36,921 nt of DNA, taken from Pseudogymnoascus verrucosus (lineage: Eukaryota). Below the pieces are notes generated by a model, which saw nothing but the letters and a program-made list of their open reading frames with translations, ran no database searches and was not told the origin of the DNA. This document shows, in pieces, positions 36,150-36,921 of this stretch; the first letter of the stretch is position 1, and each line of letters opens with the position of its first letter. The DNA lies in assembly GCA_001662655.1 (NCBI GenBank), contig KV460293.1. The stretch is one strand, 5' to 3'. The position numbers and the translations under genes are program-made.

Positions 36150-36921
36150 TAAAGTGCAGCTTGTGTTTATAGATTATTAGAAAGGCAAAAGAATAGGTTA
36201 CCCTATATAATACTATGTAAAAAAAAATGAAATACTAGTATAATACTAATTGTAGGTAGAAGTAGGTTGCGTTAACTTAACACATATATTGTTATAGCTA
36301 AAACATGTAACCTATAGGCTATAAGATATAGTAATAAGGTAAAATAGCTTACGGCTAATTAGCAGTAGGAAATAGGCGTAGAGACTATAAGTAGCTTAGT
36401 TAATAAGGGCACCTTTAGGAAAAGGTACCTTTTTAGAAAGGTACCTAGTAAAAGGAAGGTGCCTATTAAGAAAGGCACCTATGTAGAACAGGGTGCCTCC
36501 TTAGGAAGTGTAAGGCGGTCCTCACGTGATGGCACGTGAGGTGCCACGCCGAAGGCAGCCCTACGGTGGAGCTGTCATTCGGGTATAGCCCGGTTATTAG
36601 GGTTCACGGTATAGGAAGATATATCAGGGGCTGGAGCCTCAGTGGAGGACTCCAGTCAATAGTCGCTGTATTTACGTAGACCTATTGTGCTTACTGAATA
36701 CGATACCCTCCCTGCCTCCTGACCTGGTTCCCTGGACTCCCGTGAGACCCTAGGCTACGCTTTACAGGAAGGCACCTATAGGAATTAACACCTATAATAA
36801 GTATAGTACCTCTTATAGGATATACATGTAATTTAGATTAATAGGAATAGTAAGAATAGTTAGAGAGTCTACTATTCTAACTATTCCCTTTAACATAACA
36901 CTACTATATAAGTAGATAGAT
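36150..36921. mobile_element. AT-rich, RIP-like degenerate repeat region
   Basis: By eye, strong TpA excess and CpA/TpG depletion with no ORFs. Contains an array of GG(C/T)(A/G)CCT motifs. The left boundary is approximate. Confidence 0.7.
36509..36766. mobile_element. Solo LTR, 258 bp, with 5-bp target-site duplication
   Basis: Starts TGTAAGGCG and ends CGCTTTACA (TG...CA, 8/9 inverted match). Flanked by GGAAG at 36504-36508 and 36767-36771. Confidence 0.9.

Overview
Genomic DNA from a filamentous ascomycete (Pezizomycotina), judged from short GT-AG introns with CTRAC/CTAAT branch sites, an intron-containing tRNA and RIP-like AT-rich DNA. The window has two compartments. About 1-20.7 kb looks accessory. 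It holds a probable DNA-transposon end with a 36-bp perfect palindrome, a frameshifted SNF2 helicase relic, and a 4-exon secreted 8-Cys protein that the ORF track only shows in pieces. Next come a cytochrome P450, a secreted protein with four tandem BAS2-like 6-Cys domains (absent from the ORF track), an intronless bacterial-looking SAM methyltransferase, and a PTH11-like membrane protein divergent from a secreted GMC oxidoreductase. It ends with an NF-X1 zinc-finger helicase relic and a hypothetical gene with one in-frame TGA. About 21-35.2 kb is a core block: VID27, TPS1, SLD2, a TOPORS-like RING E3, tRNA-Arg(TCT) and a WSC sensor. The window ends in RIP-like DNA with a 258-bp solo LTR (GGAAG target-site duplication) inserted into an array of GGYRCCT motifs. 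No complete novel system can be proven from sequence alone. The best leads are the two secreted Cys-rich proteins, the possibly horizontally acquired methyltransferase and the accessory island itself. Gene models were spliced by hand; family calls come from remembered motifs, not database searches.
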